Both the position numbers and the translations under genes were made by a program. A DNA stretch of 64,000 bases, taken from contig JAFWDK010000001.1 in NCBI GenBank assembly GCA_017513085.1, positions 1-64,000 of the forward strand. The letters run 5' to 3'. This document shows positions 18,851-29,876 of the stretch, piece by piece (the stretch's first letter is position 1; every line of letters begins with the position of its first letter). Under the pieces are notes generated by a model that saw nothing but the letters and a program-made list of their open reading frames with translations, ran no database searches and was not told where the DNA came from. The stretch is from Clostridiales bacterium. GTDB taxonomy: Bacteria; Bacillota; Clostridia; Saccharofermentanales; Saccharofermentanaceae.

Positions 18851-21148
18851 ATGCTCAATAGCTTGAGAAAACGTCTTTCATTTTCGGACAATAAATACTT
18901 TTATCTGCTGATTCTGTTCATGCTGATCTCAATCACCACCATGATGCTTCCCGCATGGCTCGAAGGGAAGTTTTTTCTTGGCGGCGGTGACATCAAAACC
19001 CAGTGGGATCCGTTTTATTATCTAAACCGCCAGGAAACCATTTCGGCCCTGAAAGATGGAAAACTACCGTTTTATTCGTGGATCCTGTTTTTGGGAACGA
19101 ATCTCTGGTCTTCAAAAGCCTCATACGGTTTATTTGATATCTATAACTTATTTACATATCCTTTCCATACTGATTATTTGCATGTATATCTGGTCTTGTG
19201 CTACCTGAAGATGCTGGTAGCCGCCATGCTGTGCTATGTATACCTGGAATATATAGGTATCCGCAAAGAATACTGCATGCTGGGCGGTCTGTGCTTCGGC
19301 ATGTCCAGCTTTGGGGTGTATTTCACGTCGGAATTCGGATTTCTTTCTTTTTATTCACTGTTGCCGCTGTATTTTCTTGGCATCGAAATGTTCCTCAAGG
19401 AAAGAAAAAGGATACCGTTCATCATCAGCGTCATACTGTTGTTTTTGACAAACTATTATCTGTTCTTTTCGATCACTCTGCTATCTCCGGTGTATTTCAT
19501 ATACCGTTGTGTCAATATCCGCAGGGAATTCAAGACGATGGTCCTGAATGCGTTGGAAATGGTCGGATTGTACCTTATTGGTTTCCTGATCTGCGGAGTG
19601 ATGATTCTTCCTGTTTTCTCTTTTATTACCCAGAATCAGCGTGTTGGTGCCGGTGGTTTGGTTTATACCTATAACAATCTCAAGATCTATCTGCATCTAC
19701 TGACGGCTTCCCTGATTCCGAATCAGACCTATATCTTCGGCAACAATGTCTATACATTTGATAATCACAACCTGAAAGAATTATGCTTTTTCAGTTCTTC
19801 CTGTGTAACGCTTTTGATTCCCCAGGCTTTTTGCGATACGGATAAACGGTTCCGTTTCTCAACTGTCGTTTTATTCCTGGTGACCGGTTTGTTTATGTAT
19901 CTGCCTTTTATGGCGAGTGCGCTGAATGGATTCAGCGAACCGAGTTTCCGCTTCTCGATGTTCTGTATATTTATCAATATCCTCGTTTTCGTAAGCGTCC
20001 TGGATAGAAATAAACATCTTAACACGAAACTGCTCATTGTCACTTTTGTCGCAGAGGCAATCGTGATTTATGCCTGTTTCTTCGGTGTAGCTGCTGTTGA
20101 GAATCTGGAAATCTCCTCCTATAAAAAACAGTTAGCGTGGATCTCTGTATGCTGCTTATTCTTGCTGGTGTACAGTGTGCTTTTATCCAGAGGTCTGAGA
20201 CACGTTGTGAAATACATCATGCTTGTCGAAGTGAGTTTATATGCGATCTCATTTGGATACAGGGTAAAAGGTACCGATTTAGTTTCATATGAATACGCCA
20301 GATCAGTATTGAACGATTACCGGTCATATGAAACGGTCAAAGACTACCTGGATGGGCTCGAAGAAGAGAACCGCAAATCGTTTTACAGAACATATGTGCC
20401 TTACGGCAGTCTTTACTGGTATACCACCAGAAATATGAACATCTATTACGATCTCCCCGGCGTTATGACGTATGATTCTACTTACGAGCCGTCATTTGAC
20501 GGATTCAGGTATCTTGGCAATATTCCCACCGTTCAGGATATTGATTGGGAATTCAGCGTAGAAGATCCTGATTTGCTGGATTTTCTAAATGTTAAATATG
20601 CGCTTGCCCTCAGTGAAGACGAGATTCCGTTCAATAGCTATTCTATAGTTCAGAGCGATTACCGTTGGAGCATAATCATTGCCGAAAATAATAATTATGT
20701 CTCTTTGGGCAGGACTTGCTCCGGCCTCATATCCAAGGAGTCATATGACGGAGATCCCAAGAAACTGATGGATAACATTATCAGTGATGATCCCGAAATT
20801 GCGGATATGCTTGACAGAACACCGGGCAACGAAGCGGAAATGCATGATATATACTACGATCATAACCACATGGAAGGGGTTATTGACTGTCCGGAGAGCA
20901 CAGTCATGCTCATGACGATCCCGTATGATGAAGGATGGAAAGTCTTGGTCAACGGCGAAGAGGTGAAGACATATAACATTAACCGCGGCTTTTTAGGCAT
21001 TCCGGTTCAGAAAGGCAGAAATACTGTTGACATGTATTTTATCCCGCCCGGATTCAAGACCGGAGCTGTACTTACGGCAATTGGATCGGCTATGTTTCTG
21101 GTTGTTCTTTTTGCAGAAATAAGAAGGTCCCACAAGACCGGACTGTAA
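18851..21148 (+). CDS. YfhO-family GT-C membrane glycosyltransferase
   Basis: GGDIKTQ first loop, TNYY motif, C-terminal IPYDEGWKVLVNG...GFLGIPV...F.PPGF..G signature. Confidence 0.88.
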   Translation: MLNSLRKRLSFSDNKYFYLLILFMLISITTMMLPAWLEGKFFLGGGDIKTQWDPFYYLNRQETISALKDGKLPFYSWILFLGTNLWSSKASYGLFDIYNLFTYPFHTDYLHVYLVLCYLKMLVAAMLCYVYLEYIGIRKEYCMLGGLCFGMSSFGVYFTSEFGFLSFYSLLPLYFLGIEMFLKERKRIPFIISVILLFLTNYYLFFSITLLSPVYFIYRCVNIRREFKTMVLNALEMVGLYLIGFLICGVMILPVFSFITQNQRVGAGGLVYTYNNLKIYLHLLTASLIPNQTYIFGNNVYTFDNHNLKELCFFSSSCVTLLIPQAFCDTDKRFRFSTVVLFLVTGLFMYLPFMASALNGFSEPSFRFSMFCIFINILVFVSVLDRNKHLNTKLLIVTFVAEAIVIYACFFGVAAVENLEISSYKKQLAWISVCCLFLLVYSVLLSRGLRHVVKYIMLVEVSLYAISFGYRVKGTDLVSYEYARSVLNDYRSYETVKDYLDGLEEENRKSFYRTYVPYGSLYWYTTRNMNIYYDLPGVMTYDSTYEPSFDGFRYLGNIPTVQDIDWEFSVEDPDLLDFLNVKYALALSEDEIPFNSYSIVQSDYRWSIIIAENNNYVSLGRTCSGLISKESYDGDPKKLMDNIISDDPEIADMLDRTPGNEAEMHDIYYDHNHMEGVIDCPESTVMLMTIPYDEGWKVLVNGEEVKTYNINRGFLGIPVQKGRNTVDMYFIPPGFKTGAVLTAIGSAMFLVVLFAEIRRSHKTGL

Positions 21149-21248
21149 AGATTAGTGAAAAACCGATAGTTCTATACCGGCCTCGCCAGCAGCCTGTCTA
21201 CGTGATAATCTGTCAATTTTGGTCGGTATTTCATATAATAATAGCGAT

Positions 21249-23276
21249 ATGATTTATTTTTTAATCAGCGCATTGCTCATAGTCTATCTTGAATTTCTTG
21301 GCCAATCCCTTTATTCGTTAATCGGAAAAAAGAGAGCTGGTTTTTCTTTTGGCGCTGGTTTTATTCTCGTCTTGGCATCAAGCTATATAACCACAGCACT
21401 TCTCACAGCGTTTGACTGCTCTTTTTATATTATTTTGATCATTTATTCTCTTCTTTTCGTCTTAAGCCTCGGTTTGATGTTCAAGGAGAGAAAAAACTTA
21501 TCGATTCGCTTCGGCTTGTTTGACTGTATCGCCGCAGTTATTATCATGGCGATTTTGCTGGCATACAGTGTGAATACAACTTTAGGTGATCTGGACGGTT
21601 TTGATACGACTTTCTATCTCAACATGATCACTAACAACGTTGGCATTGATAAGCTGAACAGCAGGAACGTTTTCTTCGGTGATACCAGCTATTACTTTGA
21701 GATGTTCTATTATTCATTCCAGTCATATCATTATCTGGCAAGCATCATGCTTTATTATGCAGAGAAAACCTGCGGGCTTTTCGGAATACCTTTTTATCGT
21801 CTTCCTGGTTTTGTCTGGCCTAACCAGATTCTCTTTTTCGCATTAACAGCTTCCCTTTTTGTGGATGGAGTCAAAAAAGCCAGAGAAAAAAATGCCGGAT
21901 TGATATTCCTCGGTTTTGTGCTGATTGTTTTCTACTTTGGCAGGTTGTATTTCAACAGTGTATTTGGATTCTATGGCAATTCAATGAGAACTTTGATAAT
22001 CGGTCAGGCATGCAGTTACGTAATCGACTATGAACGGAGCAAAGAGAAATATGACCGGTATCTGGTCTATATGGCTCTTCTGGCCGCTTGTGCAGTTTCT
22101 TCTTCCGGCGTGTTCCTGATGTTCTTCTTCCTGTTTGCCTTGTATTTCTTATGGATCGGTGAGGAGAAGAATCTCGTTAAAGAGTATGCGCCGATTCTGC
22201 TGCTGCCTTCTATCAACTTATTTACAATCGTTCTGATTTCGCGATATAAAGGCATCGTTTTCGGCGTTGCATTAGCTCTTTTGATCTGGTTATTCAGCAA
22301 GCCACTTTATTACCTGGGCAAAGACAGGAGCAGAAGACTGGCCATCATAGCGCTAATGATAATTCTAATGGCAGCATTGTCATATTTAACGGACGGAAAG
22401 CTGTATCATTACAGCGCTTTTGTAGAGAACAATTCCCAGCGTTATGATATGACATTAAACTATTTTTACTTCTCTCAAGAGGCTGTTGAAGGCATAACCT
22501 ATTATAAATATGTTGTTCTGATCATCGTTCTCCTTTCGGTAGCGATGATCCGCAACAGTTTAACGGATGTCGATCTGATTCTGATCGCTGTCTTCTTTAA
22601 TCCGGTCTGCTGCGCTTTTCTGAATAAAGTCGACCCTGTCTTCTATCGGGCTTACGATATTCTGGTCAATCCGTTCACTCTGGTCTGGCTGCTAAATGAG
22701 TTATCGGTGCTGGCCCCGGTTAAACTCGCCAAGGCATTTGGCACGATCTTGCTGGCCTTATATCTGCTGTATTTCGGATCTGTCGAGAAACCGATCTACT
22801 ATCATAAGTCTTTTAGACCCAGTGACGATTACAATATGGTCTATAAGATGACGCAGTCCGAACTGGAAGTCATAGACGCCGTTAAAAATGAGATCGATTA
22901 TTACGGCGATGAAAACCCTGAAATCATCACTCACAACAAATTAACGCAGTCCATGCTGAAAGAGGGCAGATTCATATACGGCAGAGAGAATATCAGAAAC
23001 AATGCCTGGAGCAAAGCGGAAAAGGAATTATATGCCATCTTCTACCCGGTGATTTATTTCGGAGACCCTGAGCAGCCCAAGGCTGATTATGATAATATGT
23101 GTCAGTATCTGCAGGAAGCGGATATACGATATGTTGTTCAGGACAGGCAGATAGAGTATTACGATAAAGAACAGAATATATGGTATTCCATGACTTACGT
23201 TGTCGATAAATGCGGAGAATACCCTATATTCGAAAACGACCGTTATGCCGTCTATCGGTTTGATTGGGAGAAATGA
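21249..23276 (+). CDS. Polytopic membrane protein, probable GT-C glycosyltransferase
   Basis: 675 aa from ATG 21249; TLGDLDGFD..FYLNMI, FQSY, FGFYGN, EKNLVKEYA motifs shared with 16679-18706. Confidence 0.7.
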   Translation: MIYFLISALLIVYLEFLGQSLYSLIGKKRAGFSFGAGFILVLASSYITTALLTAFDCSFYIILIIYSLLFVLSLGLMFKERKNLSIRFGLFDCIAAVIIMAILLAYSVNTTLGDLDGFDTTFYLNMITNNVGIDKLNSRNVFFGDTSYYFEMFYYSFQSYHYLASIMLYYAEKTCGLFGIPFYRLPGFVWPNQILFFALTASLFVDGVKKAREKNAGLIFLGFVLIVFYFGRLYFNSVFGFYGNSMRTLIIGQACSYVIDYERSKEKYDRYLVYMALLAACAVSSSGVFLMFFFLFALYFLWIGEEKNLVKEYAPILLLPSINLFTIVLISRYKGIVFGVALALLIWLFSKPLYYLGKDRSRRLAIIALMIILMAALSYLTDGKLYHYSAFVENNSQRYDMTLNYFYFSQEAVEGITYYKYVVLIIVLLSVAMIRNSLTDVDLILIAVFFNPVCCAFLNKVDPVFYRAYDILVNPFTLVWLLNELSVLAPVKLAKAFGTILLALYLLYFGSVEKPIYYHKSFRPSDDYNMVYKMTQSELEVIDAVKNEIDYYGDENPEIITHNKLTQSMLKEGRFIYGRENIRNNAWSKAEKELYAIFYPVIYFGDPEQPKADYDNMCQYLQEADIRYVVQDRQIEYYDKEQNIWYSMTYVVDKCGEYPIFENDRYAVYRFDWEK

Positions 23277-23277
23277 A

Positions 23278-25152
23278 ATGAAAAGAATCAAAACAATTAG
23301 ATATTTCTTGATTGAAATAACTTTTACGCTGGCTATGCTGGTATATATTACGAAGCTTCATGGCATATACTCGCCATCCAGTGAATTCGAAGTTGAATTT
23401 CTGAAAATGCTCTGCCTTCTGACGATCATTCTGATCTGGGCATTCGGTCCGATGCTGAACCGCTTTGTAATGCTGATTTTCGGCGGGCTGTATACCTTTT
23501 ATCTGGTATCGCAGGATGTATATAAAAGAGCCTTCCAACAGTATTATCATTTTTCAACAGCAAAAGACCTGATAGGAGAGGTCTGGGGTGAAAAAGCAAG
23601 CGCTTTTGAATTTATTAAATTCAACGATCTGATCCCGTTTTTTATTCTTCTGGCGCTGTGTATCATTTTCTTCATTGCCTATCTTCTCCTTCAAAGAAAA
23701 TGCATTAGTTTAAAAGTATCCATTCCTCTCAAACTTGTCGCTCTGCTGCTGATTATCCCGATGATGGGATGCTACCGGAATTATGAGCGAAAGGTTGACT
23801 ATCTCAAGAGCGAGACCGATCAGTTCACACTTTACCAAAGTGAATTCTATAGCTTTGACATGATGCAGAACGTCAATGAGTTTGTCGAAAAATATGGCTT
23901 TCTAACCTATGCTTTCCGTGACGGACAGAAGTATTTGTCAAAGAACGTTTTTGATGGCAGCGAGCGCAAAGAGATAGCAGCCTTCCTGGCCGAACAGCCT
24001 CAGCAAACCTATTCGGAATACCATGGTCTGTTCGAAGGCAAAAACGCTTTCTTTATTCAGGCGGAATCGTTTATCAACGTCGCTGTTGATCCTGATTTAA
24101 CACCGACTTTGTATAGGATGTTCAATGACGGCATCGTTATCGACGGATTTAACACACCGTTGTTAGCCGGTTCAACGAGTGATACCGAATTCATGGCAAA
24201 TACTTCGGTCATCCCGGTAACGATGGGAAAATCAGTCTGCTATAACTTCTATGAAGACACCTTCCCGGTAACACTTCCGGGCACCTTTGCGAACTACGGC
24301 TTCAATCCGATCGTTTATCACAATAACTACGGCGAATATTATAACCGCACCAAATTCATGCCGACGCTCGGATATAAAACCTTCTTTGACTGCACCGGTA
24401 TGGGGAAGGAAGACCAGACAACCGATTCGGAACTGCTGGAAGAAATGAAATGGATCTATTCCGGCACCAGCAATCCATATATGGCATATTGGATCACTTA
24501 CTCCGGACATCAGCCGTATACTAAAGACAGCGTTGGTGTTACGGATGAAGAATGGGCGATGATCTATGACAAGTATCCGAATATCAGCGAAGAGTACGCT
24601 TCCTTCTTTGCTAAAAATATGGACCTGGACCGTGGCCTGGCTTCGTTCATGGAGACAATGGAAGAAAACGGCAAGTTGGATGACGTTGTGTTCATTTTCT
24701 ACGGCGACCACATCGCAAAAGGAATCGATTATACCGCAGGCAGCGATTTTTACGAGCAGACCGGCATCACCTATAAAGAGGATAGTGAGTTCACCGGGCT
24801 CGTGTTCTACAATACGGCAACCGAAGGGTTCCACTATTATAAAAAAGGCACAGTTCTGGACCTGCTGCCTACAGTCTGCGATCTCTGGAATTTCGAATAT
24901 GATACCAAATCTGTTTTTGGAAGAAACCTTCTGGACGACAGCTACCGCGGCTTCTATTTCTCGGAATTCGGAAACTGGATCACGAATGATTATGAGTATA
25001 ATCCTTCTACAGGAGAGATCATCCCGTTGGTCAGTGACTCTTTAGATAATGAAAAGATCACTCAGGAAATGCAAAGAAGGATCAAAGAAAGAGAGATCTG
25101 CAATCAGATCCTTGAGCTTGATTATTTCGGTTCGGACGAAAACGGAAATTAA
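23278..25152 (+). CDS. LTA synthase (LtaS)-family / alkaline-phosphatase-superfamily membrane protein
   Basis: N-terminal TM block, IQAESF, GSTSDTEF (Thr nucleophile), ITYSGHQPY, FYGDH, DLLPT. Confidence 0.88.
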   Translation: MKRIKTIRYFLIEITFTLAMLVYITKLHGIYSPSSEFEVEFLKMLCLLTIILIWAFGPMLNRFVMLIFGGLYTFYLVSQDVYKRAFQQYYHFSTAKDLIGEVWGEKASAFEFIKFNDLIPFFILLALCIIFFIAYLLLQRKCISLKVSIPLKLVALLLIIPMMGCYRNYERKVDYLKSETDQFTLYQSEFYSFDMMQNVNEFVEKYGFLTYAFRDGQKYLSKNVFDGSERKEIAAFLAEQPQQTYSEYHGLFEGKNAFFIQAESFINVAVDPDLTPTLYRMFNDGIVIDGFNTPLLAGSTSDTEFMANTSVIPVTMGKSVCYNFYEDTFPVTLPGTFANYGFNPIVYHNNYGEYYNRTKFMPTLGYKTFFDCTGMGKEDQTTDSELLEEMKWIYSGTSNPYMAYWITYSGHQPYTKDSVGVTDEEWAMIYDKYPNISEEYASFFAKNMDLDRGLASFMETMEENGKLDDVVFIFYGDHIAKGIDYTAGSDFYEQTGITYKEDSEFTGLVFYNTATEGFHYYKKGTVLDLLPTVCDLWNFEYDTKSVFGRNLLDDSYRGFYFSEFGNWITNDYEYNPSTGEIIPLVSDSLDNEKITQEMQRRIKEREICNQILELDYFGSDENGN

Positions 25153-26876
25153 TCCAGGATGTATTTGAAGTATTCTGCTTCGTCCGGATAGAATTTCAAG
25201 ATTTCGTTATAAAAATACTCTTTGATAGCCGGTGAGTACTCACCGGTTTTTTCATAGATAACAACATGAACATCATCTATATACTGCGAGTACACTTCCT
25301 GGTATATTTCCTGTACCAGAGGTTCTGACCACAGAGCATTCGACAGAATATCGTAGATATGCTGGTATGGCTTATTGAAATACTGAATAGGATCGAACGT
25401 CACGATATAGCGTATGTAAGGGAGATCTCTCGGAAAACCATCTCTCAGATCCAGAATCGCGCTGTCGATCGTCGGTATTGTGTTCAGATCCGGAAGGTTT
25501 GCGTTTCGCAGAAGGTCATCATTGATAAAAGATGACCCCGAAGCAAGATACGCGGTTATGCCCTCGCCTTCGGTCAGCTCGTAAAGTTTCGATGAAAGCT
25601 GCTTTATATCGTCAACGCCGTAATTCTTGGGCTGTCTTCTGACGGTATTGATAAACGGAACGGGCTTTACCTGCGAGAAGATGACCAAAGTATTGGCTGC
25701 CAGAATGAAGGTCAGCAGCGCGATCAAAAATTTCGGATTTCGCTTTGGTTTTTCGGAAATGACATACAGACCTTTAATGAACAGCAGGGCAAGCGGAAGG
25801 ACCACCATAGAATAGTGATGCTGTTCCTGGATCTGTATCTGCCACAGCATGATCAGCGGGAAGAAGATCTGCAGCACAGCGCTGACGACAAGACCATATT
25901 CCCTTTCTTTGAAGAAACTGTATAGACCGCAGAGCGAAAGCACCAGCAGCGGCAGAGAAAAGAACCCGACAAAAGCACCGAACTTGCCGGAATGATCGTA
26001 AGCTGCGTAAGCTTCGCTGAAACGGTTGCCCAGGACCATCAGCAGATAAGGCCGGAAGAAAAGCAGGATCACGATCAGAGCCGGCAGACCGGAGCAGATC
26101 ATAAACCAAAGATTGCGCAGATGATTGCGGTTGCGCAGGAAGCTGAGCTCAAACAGATATTTGATCACATAAGACAGATAAAAGGCGACCAAAGGATATA
26201 AGCTGTATCTGCGGAAAAAGATCAGAATAAAGGTATAGAGATTTACTGCAAGATTATCGATCCAGTCGATCTCATTGAATGACTGATGCAGTGTTAGCAA
26301 TACCATCATCATGAAAAACAGCGGCATGCCGACGTCCACTTCGCCATTGAACAGAACAAACCAAAGCGGATAAAAAGTCAATCCTCCGACCAGCATCAGT
26401 CCGGGACGGGTGTTGTATGTTGAATAGCACCAGATCTGCAGCAGAACAAACAACGGTACCACAAAAGAGATGAAGATACTGATGCAGAACCAGCCATAAC
26501 CCGGGGAAACCAGCGTTATTCCCAGGGTCAGCAAAGCCGGAAGATACGAATAGTCGGCATGATTCATTGAATCATAGACATTTTTGAGCACAATAAACGG
26601 ATCTTCCAGGAACCATTTTCTCAAATATAATGATCTGATCCAGTGGCCGGAATAATCGTAGGAATAAATCGTATTTTCGAGTTTAAAGAAAACGATCAGT
26701 ATCATTACCCCGATCGCTGTAAATACGAGAGTATTTACGATCAGGTCCTTTAATCGAAATCTGAAAATATAATGGTATCTCTTCTTTCTGTTGAGCAGCA
26801 AAAAAGAGACGAGAAGAAGACAGGGGTAAATCATAAACAGAACGAATCTGTAAATATTTGCAAGTAGTCCGGACAT
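25149..26876 (-). CDS. Polytopic membrane protein, probable GT-C glycosyltransferase
   Basis: YSYDYSGHW loop after TM2, about 11 TM helices, soluble C-domain; start placed at ATG 26876 (ORF open to 26909). Confidence 0.65.
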   Translation of the reverse strand: MSGLLANIYRFVLFMIYPCLLLVSFLLLNRKKRYHYIFRFRLKDLIVNTLVFTAIGVMILIVFFKLENTIYSYDYSGHWIRSLYLRKWFLEDPFIVLKNVYDSMNHADYSYLPALLTLGITLVSPGYGWFCISIFISFVVPLFVLLQIWCYSTYNTRPGLMLVGGLTFYPLWFVLFNGEVDVGMPLFFMMMVLLTLHQSFNEIDWIDNLAVNLYTFILIFFRRYSLYPLVAFYLSYVIKYLFELSFLRNRNHLRNLWFMICSGLPALIVILLFFRPYLLMVLGNRFSEAYAAYDHSGKFGAFVGFFSLPLLVLSLCGLYSFFKEREYGLVVSAVLQIFFPLIMLWQIQIQEQHHYSMVVLPLALLFIKGLYVISEKPKRNPKFLIALLTFILAANTLVIFSQVKPVPFINTVRRQPKNYGVDDIKQLSSKLYELTEGEGITAYLASGSSFINDDLLRNANLPDLNTIPTIDSAILDLRDGFPRDLPYIRYIVTFDPIQYFNKPYQHIYDILSNALWSEPLVQEIYQEVYSQYIDDVHVVIYEKTGEYSPAIKEYFYNEILKFYPDEAEYFKYILD

Positions 26877-26974
26877 ATTATAATTATATGATATTTCGGG
26901 CGGCTGCATTAACCATTAATTATGGATGCCTGTTTGTGAAAAGACTGTTTTAGAAGTTATAATATTTAGTAAAT

Positions 26975-28387
26975 ATGATAATTGGTGATTATTTCTTTCA
27001 GATTCCCAAAGAACTGCCGAAACTGGAGATGCTGTCTTTCTATTATCTCATCTTTATTTTCGGCATTTTTCTGTTATCAAGAGTATTTAAAGCCAGGCTC
27101 CGCCCTTTTGTCCTGCTTGCGGCAAACCTGGCTTTTCTGTATTCCTTTTCCCTGTATCATCTTCTTCTGCTTTGCGAACTTGCGCTGGCCGGTTATCTGT
27201 GTTCACTGCTGCTGATCTACAAAAAGAAAAAGCCCTTCCTTTTCCTATCGGTTATTGTTATCCTCGCTGTTCTTTGCTTTTTTAAGTTCCAAGGATATTT
27301 TCATATCTCGATCACCATCCCGTTGGGCTTGTCATATGTAACATTCAAATTGATCTCTTATTATGCCGACGTCTATTCCGGAAAGACCCAGGGGACCCGG
27401 AATCCGGTATATTTCCTTGACTATGTTTTGTTTTTCCCGGTGATCACCGCCGGACCGATCAACCGTTTTGACCCATTCTATAAAACACTGAAAAAACCGC
27501 AGAGTTTCGATTATCGTTCTGCCAAAAACGGCGGGTTTCAGCTAATGCTGGGTATATTCGAAAAGAAGGTGTTCTGTGATTATCTGTCCGATGTCTCTTC
27601 CAGGGCTCTAGCGAGCGGTCTGGGAGGAATGAATACACTGCTTGCGGTGGTTCTTTATTCATTTATTATCTATCTGGATTTTGATTCCATTTCCAATATG
27701 GCGATCGGTTCAGCAAAGCTTCTCGGTTTTGAACTGCCTAAGAATTTCAACAGCCCGTACCTCTCTGCCAGCATCAGAGAGTTTTGGACAAAATGGCATA
27801 TCTCCCTGAGCACCTGGTTCAGAGACTATGTATATATCCCGTTAGGAGGAAATCGGAAAGGGAAATTTAGACAGTATCTCTTTATCATTATTGTTTTTGT
27901 TCTTTCCGGTATCTGGCATGGTTCAACAATAAACTTTGTTCTTTGGGGCTTTTTGCACGGACTTCTCAGGATCATTGAAGATCTGGTGTTCCGCCCGTTC
28001 AGCGGTATAGGCGGAACAGGAAAGAAGATCATCAGACCTTTCGGGATCGCATTGAATTTCTTCCTGGTGACCTTCCTCTGGCTTTTCTTCCGTTATCAAA
28101 CCATAGGCGAAGTTCTCACAATACTAAAGTCGATTCTAACCTTTAAACCTCTTTCGCTCGCCGAAATCGGTATGACCATCAACGAAAGATACTGGTTAGT
28201 CGTCATTCTGTTCTGCGTGTTTGTCACTGATTATCTCCGCAGCCGTTTTGATATGACCGAAACCTACGCAAAGCTTCCGTTCCCGCTGCGCTGGTTAGGA
28301 TATGCACTGCTGATCGTCGTTTTCCTGATCTTTGGTGTTTATGGAGGTTCGCACGCGGCGAGCGACTTCATCTATCAGTTCTTTTAA
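26975..28387 (+). CDS. MBOAT O-acyltransferase (second copy)
   Basis: IPLGLSYVTF, FFPVITAGPI, FWTKWHISL, YIPLGGNR, IWHG, FIYQFF end. Confidence 0.95.
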   Translation: MIIGDYFFQIPKELPKLEMLSFYYLIFIFGIFLLSRVFKARLRPFVLLAANLAFLYSFSLYHLLLLCELALAGYLCSLLLIYKKKKPFLFLSVIVILAVLCFFKFQGYFHISITIPLGLSYVTFKLISYYADVYSGKTQGTRNPVYFLDYVLFFPVITAGPINRFDPFYKTLKKPQSFDYRSAKNGGFQLMLGIFEKKVFCDYLSDVSSRALASGLGGMNTLLAVVLYSFIIYLDFDSISNMAIGSAKLLGFELPKNFNSPYLSASIREFWTKWHISLSTWFRDYVYIPLGGNRKGKFRQYLFIIIVFVLSGIWHGSTINFVLWGFLHGLLRIIEDLVFRPFSGIGGTGKKIIRPFGIALNFFLVTFLWLFFRYQTIGEVLTILKSILTFKPLSLAEIGMTINERYWLVVILFCVFVTDYLRSRFDMTETYAKLPFPLRWLGYALLIVVFLIFGVYGGSHAASDFIYQFF

Positions 28388-28399
28388 AGAGGCCAGATT

Positions 28400-29821
28400 A
28401 TGTTGAAAGAGATCAAAACAGTATTTCAGATCGCTATAAAAACATGTTTGATCGTTTGTCTGCTTTTCGGCAGCTATCAGTATCTGAACAGGGTTTTCTA
28501 CAATCGCGAAGTCTATCGGGGAGAGACCCTGCACTCTTTGCCGGAAAACAGTCTGGACGTTTTGGTGCTGGGAAGTTCCCATGCCCAATATTCTTTTGTC
28601 CCTTCTTTCTTTTATCAGGAGACCGGCCTGTATTCACTGGTCCTGGGTTCTGCCTGCCAGCCTCTTGAAGTAAGCTATGAAATGCTGAAGGAAGCGCTGA
28701 AGACCCAGGATCCTTCGGTCGTTATCCTGGAAGTATTCACAGCCATGCCGCTGCATTACGGCTGTCTTGCTGATTCCTGTTACGTATTGGCGGAATACCA
28801 GATGACTGGTGAAGAGAAATACAATACGATCGGTTACCTGCCGGAAGAAAAGAGAAGTCAATATCTCAATGATTTCTTCACATATCATAACGATTGGAAG
28901 ACTATGGAGGATATCGACCGTTTGCTTCCACGAAACGCCTTGAAAAAGTACGGTCTAGTTACCGGTGATTTTGGATATGTTTATCAGGCAGCTGATCTGC
29001 CGCCTGTTAACTGGTGGTATCCGCTGGATAATGGCGACGTGGAGGCGGTGCCGCTCGAAGAGAAAGATCTTGATTCCCTTAATAAGATCTACGATCTCTG
29101 CCAGAAAGAGGGTATAAACCTGTATCTATATAAGACCGCGATAGACGGTTTCGATGAAGAAAACAATGCATACCTGAACGGTGTTTGGGAATGGGCAAAG
29201 GAGAGGAATATCCCATATACGGATTTCTGTACTGAAGCGGATGACATGGATTACGCGCTCTGCATTCAAAGCGATTCAGCACACGCTTTTATTAACGGAG
29301 CCGGGCTGATAACACAGGTTCTTGCCGAACGCGTTCAAGTCAGTGATTCCAAGCACACCGAAGTGCCGGAATTAACAGAAAGATACACTGCCAACGGCAA
29401 TGGCTACACGATGGAGTACCTTGCCTACGAATTCAACCCTTACCGCATCCTGAAAAGGCTGGCATCGGCCAGCGGGATGATCATGATCCGTTATAATTCC
29501 GGTGAGTATTTTGATGATCGGCTTGCTGAGTATTTGAGCAAAGTCATCGGAAAAGAGTTTGATCCGGACAGCGATCTCTACCTGCTAATGAATGAAGGCA
29601 GGATTATCGCGGAAAGTTCCGAACCGTTTAAAGAAACTGAAAGCGGGCATACGATCGAGTTTACAGCAGACGATATTCTTTTTGACGGAGAATCGACAGG
29701 CTGCAAAGGTTCTTTCAGTATCGCGTATAGTTACGACTCCCGTTTCCCGGTCGCTCATAGTTTTCAGATCAGCGGCAATGTCTGGGAAATAGGCTACGAT
29801 TATTACACCAAACAGGAATGA
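28400..29821 (+). CDS. Membrane-anchored SGNH-like protein, MBOAT partner
   Basis: N-terminal TM, VLGSSHA, DSAH (D-x-x-H) motif. Confidence 0.7.
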   Translation: MLKEIKTVFQIAIKTCLIVCLLFGSYQYLNRVFYNREVYRGETLHSLPENSLDVLVLGSSHAQYSFVPSFFYQETGLYSLVLGSACQPLEVSYEMLKEALKTQDPSVVILEVFTAMPLHYGCLADSCYVLAEYQMTGEEKYNTIGYLPEEKRSQYLNDFFTYHNDWKTMEDIDRLLPRNALKKYGLVTGDFGYVYQAADLPPVNWWYPLDNGDVEAVPLEEKDLDSLNKIYDLCQKEGINLYLYKTAIDGFDEENNAYLNGVWEWAKERNIPYTDFCTEADDMDYALCIQSDSAHAFINGAGLITQVLAERVQVSDSKHTEVPELTERYTANGNGYTMEYLAYEFNPYRILKRLASASGMIMIRYNSGEYFDDRLAEYLSKVIGKEFDPDSDLYLLMNEGRIIAESSEPFKETESGHTIEFTADDILFDGESTGCKGSFSIAYSYDSRFPVAHSFQISGNVWEIGYDYYTKQE

Positions 29822-29834
29822 ATTTCCTGTTTTT
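29810..29834 (+). terminator. Intrinsic terminator overlapping the stop codon
   Basis: AAACAGGAA-tgaat-TTCCTGTTT followed by TT. Confidence 0.55.
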
Positions 29835-29876
29835 CTTAATTTCCCTTTACGATCTAAAAACAGTATAATGATTAGT

